DNA from: Flaccisagitta enflata | Taxonomy: Eukaryota | Assembly: GCA_965153355.1 (NCBI GenBank) | Contig: OZ231126.1 | Coordinates: 5,828,001 to 5,892,000, forward strand | Direction of reading: 5' to 3' | Length of the DNA: 64,000 nt | Part shown: positions 11,627 to 32,800 of the stretch, one piece after another | How the letters are laid out: every line of letters starts with the position of its first letter | How positions within the stretch are numbered: the stretch's first letter is position 1 | Translations under genes and position numbers: made by a program | The notes under the pieces: model-generated | The model's input: the letters and a program-made list of their open reading frames with translations, nothing else | What the model was told of the DNA's origin: nothing | The model's database searches: none

Positions 11627-14600
11627 TACACACACATAATTCATAAACACACAAACAAACACACACATACGCACACACACACACACACACACACATGAAC
11701 ACACACATAAACACACACATAAACATACACACACACACACCCACCAACACACACACACCCACCAACACACACACACCAACACAACAAAGATGATACCCCA
11801 AAAAACACGAGTGTACACATACCCCACAATGACACAAATCATTGCAGGTGTTGTTGGTTACTAACCGGCGGCGTCTGCCTCGTCCAACTTGGTGGCTTCC
11901 ACTTCGAGCTTCTTGAGCATGTTGAAAGCCGCAGCTCTTTTAGCGTTCTTCTTCGATTTGCCCACTCCAGTGTCTTGCAACTTGCCCAAATGAACAATGC
12001 AAACAAATTCCCTGATGACAACAACAATGGGAGGCCGCAGGCTGGATCAAGCTCATTTTAGGGCCATTCTAGGGCCATTGTAGGGCCGTTGATGACAGCT
12101 CAGGCTCAGGCTCTGAAGAGACCAATAGATATGTAAATGTGAGTACACAACATAATTCTCATGATTGCCATCAAGTACAGCAACTTCGCCCTCAAATGAA
12201 CGATACAAACGAATTCTCCGTAGAAACCAAAAGATATATAAATGTTAGTATACAACATAATTATCATGATTGCCATCAAGTACAGTCACTTCCCCCCCAC
12301 CAATGAACGATGCAAACGAATTCTCTGTACAAAACATTTACATGTAGATGCGAATACAGTTGTGCTTCACTGGAAGGCCATTCCAGGTACCCACTTTTTT
12401 GTTATGCCTTATAAGCGGGATGACAACAAGATTTACAACAAGGAGGCTAGAATCAGCTAATTCTACGGTCATATGAGGGCCATTGTTGGGCCGTCGAAAA
12501 TAACTCGGGCGTGAACGAGGTCGGAACGATACCTGCAGTGAGGTGGACCTTGCTCGGAGATGAATTCGTAAATGGGAGGTCGGAGCAACTTCTTCTGCGT
12601 AAATTCTTGCAGTCCCTGTGAAGGAATGACAAAGGGGAAAGGGAAAGGAAAAGGGAAAGCGAAGAAGTATAGGATGAAGGGGTGGGGGTAGAAGAAGTGG
12701 TAGAGAAGCACAAGAAGAGAAGGAAGACGAGGATGGGAAAAGGAGAAAGAAGAGAACGTGAGCGTATGGGGAAATTTTGTATTTTCATCGTCCATGGCCG
12801 ACCTTTTCGACTTCAAATTCTGATGAAGTGGAGGTGAGAGTAAAGAGTTGTCCCTTTCCATATCTTAAGAGAAAAATGCTTTGCAACTAAATAAAGCTAA
12901 TCTGCAAATGTCAAGTAAAGAAAGCGACGCGAACGGAAATTGTTTTAATGAATCATTTCTAGAGACTGATGGAGAGAAACCTCATCAGGTGAAAGGCAGA
13001 GGGTCTCCAATGAATAGTCTACACTGCCGAAAAAGAAACAGAATCAAGAATTTTAAAACAAGGCCAAGTGAAGGCCAATAAGTGCGCCTCGCTTGATTAA
13101 GATTTTGTGAATGAACGTTTTTGATGAATGAATGAATATATGAATGAATGAATGATTGAATGAATGAATGAATGAATGAATGATTGAATGAATGAATATG
13201 AATGTGGTGAGGCATGAAAGGTGATATGAATGAAGAAATACGTCAGAATCAGCCGTTTTGCGCATTTCAAACGTTTGCGTGACCGACCGAACGACCGACC
13301 GACCGACCAACCAACCGACGGACATGACCTCTTATAAAAGTGCGAGGACGCACTGAAAATAGCGACGGGAAACTGACAATTGCCCGAAAAAAGGAAATGA
13401 AACCTTTATTCATTTATGGAAGATCTTTTCTTACTCACGTGAATGGGAGATCTCTGTTTGAGAATAAAAGGAAAAGAACAAGAAGGGAAACTAAAGTGCG
13501 GGAGTTAAGGCCACCAGAGGCGATCCAATAAGCGCAAACTTTAGTCATCAAACAAAAGATAATATTTGAATATAGCTCAACAACTCGAAGCGCGAAGGTT
13601 GATGGCTGAGGCTTCATCGCACTGCACTGTTAGCTAAGTCATAAGTTCGTCAATACCATACAAGGTTTCAAAGACGAAGCCGAGTACAGTACGTAGTACG
13701 CACCATCCTAAGGCTATGATGATAAAAAAATTCTACGTGAAGCTATTTGCAACAAATTTCCTGCGTTACCTAAATTCGTTGCCACTGAAACAAGGCCGGA
13801 GACACGGCCAGTACCAGTCGCGGACGGGAGGGCAGGGGCGGAAATGCGCGTTTTCCCACTTTTCAACTCGTGCTCACCAACGGACGGACGGACGGACGGA
13901 CAAAGCCCCTTTTAGAGTCTCTAGTCTACGACTAAAAACACAGCTTTGTTTTGATTTTCCGTTACCTATATGTGTGTCATGTCTACTCTCTCATTTGCAG
14001 AGGTGAACTCACCCCAACTGGATTTCCAGGGACGTCATCGTCGTCTGCGGGGTCGCTGACGAGTCCCGTTGTCGGTACCTCGATCTTGCAGGCCTTGGCA
14101 AAGATCTCCGTTACTGCCATGTCTTGCCCTGAAAACCAGAAAAGAACAGGTCGCCCAAGGGCAATACGTGGTCAGCGATACCCGTTGCCCTGCTTTGCAT
14201 GGTTGTAAGTCAGAATGAGAGGCAGGGCAGCGGCCCCGGAGGGGACAAAGTCCTGTAGAACACAGGGGACTTTTGTTCTTTCGTTCGTCCGTCCAACCGT
14301 CTGTCCGTCCATCTGTCCACCCCCCAGACCCTCTCAGGCCTGAAATCTGCCCTCTCAGGCCTAAAATCTGCCCTCTCAGTCCTTGAATCTGAGAGGGCAG
14401 ATTTCAGGCCTGAAAGGGCATATTCAAGGTCTGAGAGGCCAGGTTTCAGGCCTGAAAGGGCATATGTCAGGCCTGAGCGGGCAGATTTAAGGCCTAAGAG
14501 GACAGATTTCAGGCCTGACAAGGCAGATTTTAGGCCTGAGAGGGCAGATTTCAGGCCTGAGAGGGCCTAGGGGGACGAACGGACGGACGAACGAACAAAA

Positions 14601-16027
14601 GTCCCCTGTGTTCTACAGGACTTCGTCCCCTTCGGTGCCGCTGCCCAAAAACAACGACATCATGACTAGCAGGCAATGATAAAGATCTCCGTTACTGCCA
14701 TGTCTTGCCCTGAAAGGAAACTGAAAACATACAACTTCGTCAACTGATTTTCCATTTGGGTCTTAACGACAACGTAGCTCGGCGCGGCGTCCCCAAGCAG
14801 ACAGACGCTAAGACGATGCATACGGCATTCGGCACTCACCCTGGCCGGCTGCGCTGGCGACGACTTGTCTGATCCTTTCGAGGGCCTCTTGAGCTGCCAC
14901 ATGTTTGGCCTTTTTCTTGGAGGGTCCTTTTCCTGTGGCCACGATTTCACCCACCACAACTCGGTACACGAAGATGGGTTCGTGAACGGCGCCTTCATTA
15001 GCCACCAAATCGTAAGTTGGAGTCATTCCACGCTGAGCGCAAAATTCCTGAAATAACAAGTAACTCGGGGTTACAATATCGTCGCGGACGAGTGGGCAAT
15101 GACAATCCCCCCTCCACACACACGCACGCTAGCACACACATACACACGCAAACGCACGCGCACTCACAAATACAAATACGCGTGCAAACGCACGCGCACA
15201 ATCAAAAAACATGAAAAGTTGCACACACTTAAGCGCACACACACACGCAAACCCGCACACACACACGAACGTTTGCTCACTAGTGAGTCAGTGACTAACC
15301 AACTCAAGCGTGACCGACGGACCACCCCACCAGCACCACGTCACGTCACCAGTAGTCAGTCAGTCAGTCTTGATATCAGCCACATACTTGTTACGCAGAG
15401 ATGAGAGTTTTGGTGGGCATGGGGATGATGGCGGCTGCTGCCGTGACCACACTCAAGTCACTGGCAGTCAATCAGTCAGTAAATCCACCAGTCTATCAAT
15501 CTATCAGGCAATCACTTGCAATGCTGAGATTTGAGTTTTGGTAGGCATGGAGATGATAGCGGCGGGTGCCGTGACTACACCCACGTCACCGGCAGTCAAT
15601 CAGTCATTAAATCAGTCTATAAGTCAATCAGTCTGTAAGTCAATCAGTCATTCAATCAGTCTATAAGTCAATCCATCAGCCAATCACTTGCAATACTGAG
15701 ATTGGAGTTTTGGTGTGCATGGGGATGATGACGGCGGCTGCAGTGACCACACCCACGTCACCAGCAGTCAATCAATCAGTCATTCAATCAGTCTCAGTCA
15801 ATCAATCAGCCACTCACTTGCAACGCTGAGATGGGAGTTTTGGTGGGCATGGGGATGATGGCGGCGGGTGCCGTGACCACACCTACGTCACCGCCAGTCA
15901 ATCAGTCTGCCAATCAGTCAATCAATCAGCCACTCACTTGCAACGCTGAGATGGGAGTTTTGGTAGGCATGGGGATGATGGCGGCGGGTGCCGTGACCAC
16001 ACCTACGTCACCAGCAGTCAACGTCAT
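9745..16027 (-). CDS. TARBP2: RISC-loading complex dsRNA-binding protein (TARBP2/PRKRA/Loquacious family), ~363 aa, 8 exons
   Basis: complement(join(9745..9925,10737..10815,11141..11329,11866..12011,12533..12615,14013..14128,14840..15047,15938..16027)), 1092 nt in phase. dsRBD1 KTPISALQEF..EGAVHEPIFVYRV..GKGPSKKKAKHVAA; dsRBD2 NPVGGLQEF..PIYEF..GPPHCREFVC..GKSKKNAKRAAA; dsRBD3 YVDLPEMS..QCIVQLSTMPVAVCHG..AHMTAAQNAVSYLK. Confidence 0.93.
9962..10680. repeat. (GA)n / (CA)n / AGAT-rich microsatellite cluster
   Basis: Direct simple repeats inside the last TARBP2 intron. Confidence 0.85.
11460..11790. repeat. (CA)n microsatellite
   Basis: Direct run, partly degenerate. Confidence 0.9.
14146..14651 (+). 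mobile_element. Non-autonomous interspersed element with long internal inverted repeat and 21-bp subrepeats
   Basis: Head aacaggtcgcccaagggcaata. The arm gggcagcggccccggaggggacaaagtcctgtagaacacaggggactttt pairs with aaaagtcccctgtgttctacaggacttcgtccccttcggtgccgctgccc. Internal ggcagatttcaggcctgagag repeats occur in both orientations. A second copy is at 57368-57912 and a relative at ~61755-62095 (-). Confidence 0.75.
15330..16020 (-). repeat. Tandem ~120-170-bp copies of TARBP2 coding exon 1 plus its donor site
   Basis: Five copies of ...GTGGTCACGGCACCCGCCGCCATCATCCCCATGCC.ACCAAAACTC.CATCTCAGCGTTGCAA|GT, separated by (gatt/gact)n. Confidence 0.9.
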
Positions 16028-16887
16028 CTTTAAAATCAAATAATTGTTCAAAGAGAGAAAGAAGGAATGAGATTGAACGCTCGGAATAAATCGTGGGATT
16101 TTCCGTCGGTCCCACGTACGTAAGTCCGAGAGAGGAAGAGAAAATAATGTATATTGTATTTACGTAATTGTATAAATTCGTTTTGTGTTTGCGTCTTTTT
16201 TTAGTGAGATCAGAATAGAAAACGTTTGCTCTCGAGTCCCGGTTAATTGTTTGTAGTCCGAAAATGCAAATGAGACCGCTGAAGAATGGATTTGTGTCTT
16301 TGTAAACTCGTGATCCAAATCCAAAATACGAATGAAAATTCGCGGAGATTTCTGACCCGAAATTTTTTTTTCTACCTAAAATGATCAAAAATAGACCCAT
16401 AACAAATTCGCAGTGGAAATGACTACAATGTGAATCAAAATCAACTGTCTCGAGGTGAAAGCACAAATATCAACATCCATCGAATCAAAAACGTAATAAA
16501 TCGACATGTAACAGGTTGCATTGAAGCCGTCGTTGTTAGGAGAAGGGGAGAGACTAGAGAATTTTAGATGGAGCACACATGGGCGTTGCGTGTATAAAAG
16601 AATTCAATTAAATCATAATCATAATTTCCTGAGCAAAACCAACGAAACATTGAAAAATAACGACAATTTTCCCCTCTCACCGCGCTTTTGACGAAAACAT
16701 CTTTTAAGTCTTTGTTTCTTTATCTTTGACGAAGTCACTTTTCACATCAAGGTTCACAAAGATCCATGGCTCTCGAACAATCCAATTGAAGTCCATGAGG
16801 AAATCCATAAGGACTCGGATGTCAAAGATATTTCTTTCGTGTACTTATTTAGTTCACGCGCTATTCTAATGGACGGAATGTTAAAAA

Positions 16888-17823
16888 TCATTTATCGTAT
16901 TTGTAGAATCCTTCGCCGCTCTTGACGCCCAGTTTGCCCTCGGCGACGAGCTGTTCGAGCATCGGCGAAGGGTGGAACAGTGGCTCGTCGGGGTACTTTT
17001 CGTGCCAGCCTTCGACGATGAACTTGGTCGTGTCCAGACCGACGTAGTCTGACAACTCGAAGGGTCCCATCGGGTATCCGGCGCCAAACTTCATCGCCAA
17101 GTCGATATCGCGAGCTGAAGCGTCACCGCGTTCCAACATACGGACGGCCTCGGCCATGTAAGGCACCAGCAGCCGATTGACGATAAATCCCGGAGTGTCT
17201 TTGCACTTGACAGTAGATTTGCCGAGTTTCTTGCCCAAGTCGAGAAGCGTGTTAAAAGTCTCGTCGGAAGTTTCGCGGATGCGAACGACTTCGAGCAGCT
17301 TCATCACCGGAACGGGGTTGAAAAAGTGGTAGCCGCCGAATCGATCCAGACGAGACGTGGCTTGCGCGATTTCGGTGATGGGCAACGACGAGGTGTTGGA
17401 GGTGAAGATGGTGTGGCTGGGAGCCGCGTCATCGAGCTCCTTGAAGAGCTTCCGCTTGACGCCGATGTTCTCGACGATAGCTTCGATGACGACGTCGGTG
17501 TTGGCGGCGGCTGCGCAGGCGTCCGTCGACGTGGAGATCTTGGCCAGAGTGTCGGCCATGAAGGCCTCGCCTTGGGCGGGGTCGGCCGCGAATTTTTTCT
17601 TGACAACTCGACCCAGACTTTTACCGATTCGATCGACGGACTTGTTGAGTACATCGTGGGACATGTCGACCATGGTGACGTCGATGCCCGCCTGAGCCGT
17701 CACTTGAACGATTCCCGAGCCCATAAGACCCCCACCAATGACAGTCACGTGGTTTACAGCGGCCGTGGCCCGAGCAGAAGAGCAAAATCCTCTCATGGAC
17801 ACTCGAGACAAGAAACTGGCCAT
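16888..17823 (-). CDS. HADH: Hydroxyacyl-CoA dehydrogenase, mitochondrial (short-chain 3-hydroxyacyl-CoA dehydrogenase), 311 aa, single exon
   Basis: Complete ORF with a basic N-terminal presequence, Rossmann motif [71 protein letters not shown] and [14 protein letters not shown]. Confidence 0.98.
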   Translation of the reverse strand: MASFLSRVSMRGFCSSARATAAVNHVTVIGGGLMGSGIVQVTAQAGIDVTMVDMSHDVLNKSVDRIGKSLGRVVKKKFAADPAQGEAFMADTLAKISTSTDACAAAANTDVVIEAIVENIGVKRKLFKELDDAAPSHTIFTSNTSSLPITEIAQATSRLDRFGGYHFFNPVPVMKLLEVVRIRETSDETFNTLLDLGKKLGKSTVKCKDTPGFIVNRLLVPYMAEAVRMLERGDASARDIDLAMKFGAGYPMGPFELSDYVGLDTTKFIVEGWHEKYPDEPLFHPSPMLEQLVAEGKLGVKSGEGFYKYDK

Positions 17824-18539
17824 TTTTTAACCGCGTGCGAATACCAACCTGGATCTGGAAAATGTAGAGAAACTATTTCTTCTGATCGATCGAAAAGAAT
17901 ATAACAAAACGAATCGACAGATTTAGCAGCTATCAGTTACCCACTTATCATCACTATTAGCATTTTCAATTCCAATCTCCGATAAAAAAGATCATGAAAC
18001 CGCGTTAGGAATACGCTGTCATTCCAACTAGTTAAACCCTATGGTTATGCATCATGATTCAATAAAAGATTTTATCTTACTCCGGAGATGGATGATTCTC
18101 AACTTTTCGATGCCATGATTCATCCTTCCCCCCCCCCCCCCGCATCGTCAGTGCAGAATTCACTCATTTTTCAAAACGTATCAAATTCCGTCGTTTTCAG
18201 CCTCATTTCTAAAGACAAGACCGACGATCGACGTCGCTTACAAATAGTCGCCGAAGAAAAATCTCAAGCGCGTAGTTCGTCTTTACAACTGCTCCACGAG
18301 CATCAACTTTTCCTTCAATCGGCACCCAAACCAGGAAGGATTATCATTTCACTTTTTTCTTGTTTAATCATCACCATCAATTTATCCATATCAATTTCAA
18401 CGTCTTTATAGTTTATTGTCTCGTAATATCAACTCATGACAGTCGACTCAATCAATCTCTCCCTCCCACAGTAAGTCCTTGGGTTTGGCGCGCCGCTCAC
18501 AATCCCCCTTCATCGATTTCTTAGCACCCAGTGCATCCA

Positions 18540-26304
<7,765 letters not shown>

Positions 26305-26872
26305 CGTCGATTACGTTCGTAATTAATATTCACAGTCGAAGGTTGACCAACACACAGTCGTGGTTATATTCACGTAGCCATATAAAAACCTTTCAACTGG
26401 ACAACAAAAAATCGTCGCAACGTATAACAAAAATGTCAACTGTGGACACACACAGACACACACTGGATAAATTTCCGAACAGTGGTTGAACTCTATAGAA
26501 ATTTCACTAAAACAATGACCTCTCCAATACTATATGGAGTTTTCAATAAATAAACTTTCACAACGACCTAACCAGCCCACAGTCAGGATTTTACGACGCC
26601 TATAACGCGTGGTAAAAAGTGTTATATGGCAACGCTCTTTTTGTTTCGCGTTTGCGATTGCATTGCGTGTTGCAGGAATATTATCTAGAAGGAGGGAGGG
26701 TTGGGGGAATGGTCGGACAAAGGTATGTACGCTTCCGTACGCCGTTTTCCGTAACAGTTTCAACGTCAACTTGGGAGAACACGAGGCGCACCGCTTCGGT
26801 ATAAACAAGCGCCAATCACGAAGAAGTAAGCGGCAACGTGGAAGTGAAGATTTGCTGCAAGACTTTGGCCAA

Positions 26873-29800
26873 TTAGGAAGTGTGCAGCAACGTGGAAGTG
26901 AAGATTTGCTGCAAAACTTTGGGCAAGTCTTTGGTCTCCATGCAGACAAAGGCTCTGCCAGCGGGAAGACGTTGTTGCAACAAATAAGCCTGATCGCCCA
27001 AAGAACCGATGAAAATGGCAAAGGCGTTCACTCGAGGGTCAGCCTGAAAAAAGGGAACAAAATGGAAGATAATAGGCGGGTGATATCCGATGATTGCCTA
27101 AGATAAATGATTGATGAACAAATGATCAGGAAAGAAATTGAAGAGTGATAACTGATCAGGGAGTTGAATAAGAGATCAGATGAGTGAATAATCAATTGAG
27201 TGAGTGATCAGTGGAGTGAGTGATCAGTGGAGTGAGTGATCAGTGGAGTGAGTGATCAGTGGAGTGAGTGATCAGTGGAGTGAGTGATCAGTTGAGTGAG
27301 TGATCAGTTGAGTGAGTGACCAGTTGAGTGAGTGACCAGTCGAGTGAGTGATCAGTTGAGTGAGTGACCAGTCAAGCGAGTGATCAGTTGAGTGAGTGAT
27401 CAGTTGAGTGAGTGACCAGTCAAGTGAGTGAGCAGTTCATTGAGTGATCAGTTGAGTGAGTGAACAGTCAAGTGCGTGATCAGTTGTTTGAGTTATCAGT
27501 TGATTGAGTTATCAGTTGATTGAGTGATCAGTTGATTTAGTGACTAGTCAAGTGAGTGTTGAGAGATTAATGGTCATCAAGGAATCAAGGAATGATAACA
27601 AATGACAAACCGTTAAAATCCTTCCGAATTCCGCGTGAGAGATTCCGTATCGGCTGAAGTTGGCGTCAGACATGACGACGACGAAATACTCGTCAGCTTC
27701 GTCGAAGGAGTTGGCACCACCGGAAACGGAGAACGGAGTCGTCACCGCGTCCACGGCGAACTTGGTAGCGCGCAATGTGTAATCGCCAGACATGCAGAAC
27801 TGTGCGATATGTGGAAGCAAGTTAAGAGGCTAATGTGTTGGTCGCACACAAGGTGTGATTGCCAGACATGCAGAACTGCATGATTAATAGAAGGGGATAA
27901 GAGGCTAATGAATTGATAGCGCGCAATGTGTAATCGCCAGACATGAAAAACTGTATGATGTATTGATGAAGATAGATTGAGGAGTTAAATGACTGACAGA
28001 CATACCAGGTGTAGTCTTTCGAGTACTTTGCAGTGGACTATGCCATGAGAATGCGTGAAAGGACTTGAACGAATCGATGCATAGTATCTTTCTTTATCTC
28101 TTTGTTTTTCTAGTATTAAAGACGACTGACCTGTGAGTGTGCGTGCATAGTTTTGAGTACTTCAAGCCTTTCTTTGCTGTTTTTCGGTGGCGTGTGTGGT
28201 TCGACAAATTTAATGGCGTGATCCTCTCCAGAATGACCTGATCAAATAGAAATTTTATTCAACAATGAAACATACTTAAGTCGCGTGCAAGCAACTCAAT
28301 AACCCGCTATGTCTATCGGTTCGGCCATTCGTTCATCGGTCGCCATTGTATCAGCTTCTTTAAGATTTACTGGCGGTCTTTGCTGCTCCTGCCCAAACGC
28401 TTAAGCTAGCCTCTTAACACTGGCCGCGACTACGGTAGCCGTGTAGGAGACGCTAAATGATGGGTAGTGTATTGACAGCGCCGATTCACCTAAGCTAAAC
28501 TGAATAATTACGACAGTATGACAGGACATTCCCCCTTCTCACTCTTTCAGCAGCCGCGGCAAATTCTGCCCCGCATTGGCGCTTGCCAGATCCCAAAACG
28601 ATCAATTTTCATCTCAGAGACGAATCCAATGAAACGACACTTTAATAAGCTAACGTAGAATACTAAAAGCCAAATATGACTCACCGACGATATCGTAGCA
28701 AATCTTTTGCTCGTGATTCTCCAACGACTCCATCAGCATCAGGATGGCTTCCAGTTGCCGATCCATTCGTCCGTCGACGCCGTTGAAGCGGTACATGCTG
28801 CCGGACACGTCGACGACCAGTTTGAGCCGTTTGGGCTTCTCTTGCGGGCTTCCGGGTTCGGGTTCTTGATCCCCGCGACGCTTGTAAATCGCCTTTTCAC
28901 CAGTCAGACCTTCCACCAATTTCGACTCGTCCAGATCACCGTAAGCCTTTTTTTTTTTTTGGTTTGGACAAAAAGAAGAGTTGGCTAAAAGATGCGAACA
29001 AACACTGTGGCTTACACCTTGTTGACTGATGAGTGATGTAGATGCGAAATTCGAACAGAACTACAGTAGGACCCTGCCTCATCGGTCCCATTGAGTCAGC
29101 AGATTTTTTACCTTTATCTCAAGTTCACTTTTAAAGAGACCTATAAACAAACCTTTAAAGAGACCTTTAAAGAGACCTTAGAATATTGACCTTTATTGAT
29201 GGGGAACCTTTAAAAGCGGTTCTGTTATAGCGGGGTCCCACTGTACTGATAAACTGACCTGATGCTTGAGCCATTGACGCTCTTTCCCTTTGGCATGCAG
29301 AGCTTCGAGGATGTTGCGAAGGTGAGTCACTTGTTTCCTGTGAAAGTGATTTGTTGATCAATGATCATCCATTGATTCGTTTCATGCCTATCCTCCTCAC
29401 CGATAATCGAATCCGCAGCCCTAGCCTAGGGCCCCTACGCCACTGGTTCCTCCACTTAGTCCCCGGCGACGCAACGACGACAATAGACGAGCGTTAACGC
29501 ATTTCTGTATGACTTGGACAACATGGCCTCATTCATTACCTAATCGGTTCCGAAAACTCTTCGTATTGTTCTTGATCGTAGGCGGTCATTTTGATTTCCC
29601 TGAGTCGGTCTTGAAACGCCCTTTCGGCCATCTCTCGGGCGGCTCTCTGCACTTCCTCGGGCACTTGAGCCTTTTCGCTGTCTGGAACTTGATGCACTTG
29701 ATGACCTGAAACAGTGGAAAGAAAATGACAAAGACAATGACAGAGACAATGACAATGACATATACACTTTTCGCTGTCTGGAACTTGATACACTTGATGA

Positions 29801-32800
29801 CCTGAAACCGTGGAAAGAAAATGACATAGACAATGACAAAGACAATTACAATGACATATACACTTTTCGCTGTCTGGAACTTGATACACTTGATGACCTG
29901 AAACCGTGGAAAGAAAATGACATAGACAATGACAAAGACAATTACAATGACATATACACTTTTCGCTGTCTGGAACTTGATACACTTGATGACCTGAAAC
30001 CGTGGAAAGAAAATGACATAGACAATGACAAAGACAATTACAATGACATATACACTTTTCGCTGTCAGAAACTTGATACACTGTCGGAAACTTGATACAC
30101 TTGATGACCTGAAACAGTGGAAAGAAAATGACAAAGACAATGCGTACAAAATATCTCAAGCCTGATCCGTGGGTGTTAATTTAACGCTAAGCTGAGAAGC
30201 AAGTCATATGCAGATTTTCATGTTTAAACGTACAGACACATGATTAGATGAAGTCACTTGGCACTAGCTCAGAGCCTCGAGACTCCCTTTTGCTTACCTG
30301 AATCAAGTCTAAATGGTCCTCCTTTGCCTCCCAGTCCTGCGGTATCTCTGCCTCCTGATCCTCCTGCCCACGTATTTCCTCCAACGTGGGCTTCTCCCTT
30401 CTCGTCGATTTTGCCGATTTTGGGTCCTGAGACGTCTTTGCCGCTGTCCCGATACTTCAACTCCAGTTTGCCGCCGTCTCCCATCCCAATCATCTTCCGC
30501 CAATTTTGCAAAGACTGAATCGACGGAAAAAAAGAGAACTGGAGTAAAAGCGAGGCAACTCCATATCAAAGATCTTGCACTATGACGCGCGCAGTTGACG
30601 CAGATAAATATAGCAACATCGGTAAGAATCAACAGCTTTGAATGAATGTTGTAATGGAGACAACAGGGGTGTGTGTGTATATAGTAGCATGGCCATTGAT
30701 TGCTAACTCCCCATTACCTAACTTTTGATTTTCTTCCCAAAAAGCGTCAAAATAGGAACAAGTGACGCAGAATCACAATGTTACAGACCAACCCCCCAGC
30801 CTCACTCAAAAACCACCCCCCCCCCCCAGCAATGAGATTTCCATGTGGATTTACTCGAAGGCTGGCCAAAACTGGACCATAAAACTATATATCTGGGTTC
30901 CTTGTTCAATTCTCTGCACAGTTATGTAAAAATTTCCGTGGCAAAAGGCGGTAATGAGAATTCTTTTCTCTCCAATAGGGATGTACACAAGTTTTGCACA
31001 TTGAAACCATATTATCTATGCTAGATGTGCTCATAGTGAGATGAAACTTGACGATGACATCAAGAACACTTGTATAGACATTTTTCAATGTTTGCCTTCA
31101 GTGAAAAAAATTTTGCCTTATTTTCGCATTATAAGAGCCACTGGAGACAGTGTGCAGTGCCTGCATATCCTACCGAAAGCAGGGAGTCTCTGGAGGTTTC
31201 CCACATTCTGACAGTTCCTCCGGCGTCGACTGTGACGAGCGAATTGCGTCCAGGCATCGGAGCCATCACCAACTGAACATCCGAAACCGCGTTCAACCAA
31301 TGCATGAAGGATGACATGCGCTGCACTGGAGGCACCTGTAAGAAGAGGGGGAAGGAAACTACGTATGAAAGATGCATGAAAGATGATATAAGCTCCACTG
31401 GAAGGAGGGGGGGTGAAGCCATGAGAGGAGGGGGATGAGTAGGCAAAAAGAAAGTGACCGCTGTCGCTGAAACTGTTGGTGAGATCTCAAGAAGTCGAGA
31501 GTTTGGGTTAAAATGTCCGGCGGTCGCATTAAGCTAGACCTCGATTCTATCCTTTAAGGGAATGGTTTCTTAACAATGTTACCCTCGGGTGATTTGTTGA
31601 ATTTTGGTCACGGTAACAATCATTTGCCCTTGAATACTTTGGGTAAGCAGTTTGCTTTAGGGGTCGGTTGATAAGAAAGGATGTTTTTCAGATTCTGTTT
31701 TTTGGAAAAAAGGACCGGTGCGCTTATTAACTTGTCAATGAGGGTACTCATGGCCCTCTTCCACCCATTTTAGTGTGGGTATGGTGAGGTCCCCATATTG
31801 TTTCACCTATCATACCAGAGGGAATTGTCAGTGTGCGGTTAAGAGACAACAACAACAATTTCAAGAAGAAAAATCTTAGTGATTACCGGAATGTAAGTGA
31901 CTTTGTTGTCTGCCAAGTGAACGACTTCTAAGAATCCGGCGACATTTTCCGGTTCCTTGACGGGTTTCGCGGCGAAAGACGACTCTTCAGACTCCGGGTC
32001 ACGTCCGTAGGCGGATTTCAAAGGCACCATCGACTTGGGAATCGCGCGGACAACCTGCAACAAGAGGGAACGGCAATATGCAAATGAGTATAAAGCTCAT
32101 GAATTCGCGGACAAACTGTGACGAGGGAGTTATGCAAGGAACGACAATATGCTAATGAGAGATTGGCTTAAATAGATCTCTGAATTCAGTCTCGTTGGCA
32201 AAATGATCAGAGGCATCTACCGACAAAATTCACAGCCGTTCGTACTAAATGGCAAGAATGATGGGAAACCAATTACACATCGGTTCTGTGGCAAAATACG
32301 ACGTGCGGTCGCCGATCGGCACCAGTCACGTGACCCACAACAGTTTGCATTAAATGGCAAGAACAATTACACATCGGTTCCGTGTCAAACAACGACGGTC
32401 GATCGCCGATCGGCAACCGTCATGTGACCCACAACAGTTTGTATTAAATGGCGAGAACAATTACACATCGGTTCCGTGGCAAACAACGACGTTCGATCGC
32501 CGATCGGCATCCGTCACGTACACCCACCTGCGCGTCATCGGGCAACATGGAGGTGGGTCTGTTCTCCACGTGGATGGCGTTGAGCGCTTTGTTCTTCAAC
32601 GAGGCTTCGACGGGCGGCCGAGGCCAAGTGTGAATGTCAGAAGACAACAAGTCCGGGAAACCCACGGCCACCGAGGCCAAAGAATCGTCGGAGGACGAGG
32701 AGGAAGAGGAGGAGATGACGAGCCGGTTGGGACAGATGATCTTCGAATCCAAAGCTTGAGAGAGATGCTCGTTGGAAAGCCCACCCGCGGATAATGACGT

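Noticed and set aside
17304-17904. Overlapping alternative and antisense ORFs on HADH
   Set aside because: Expected shadow ORFs of a GC3-rich CDS.
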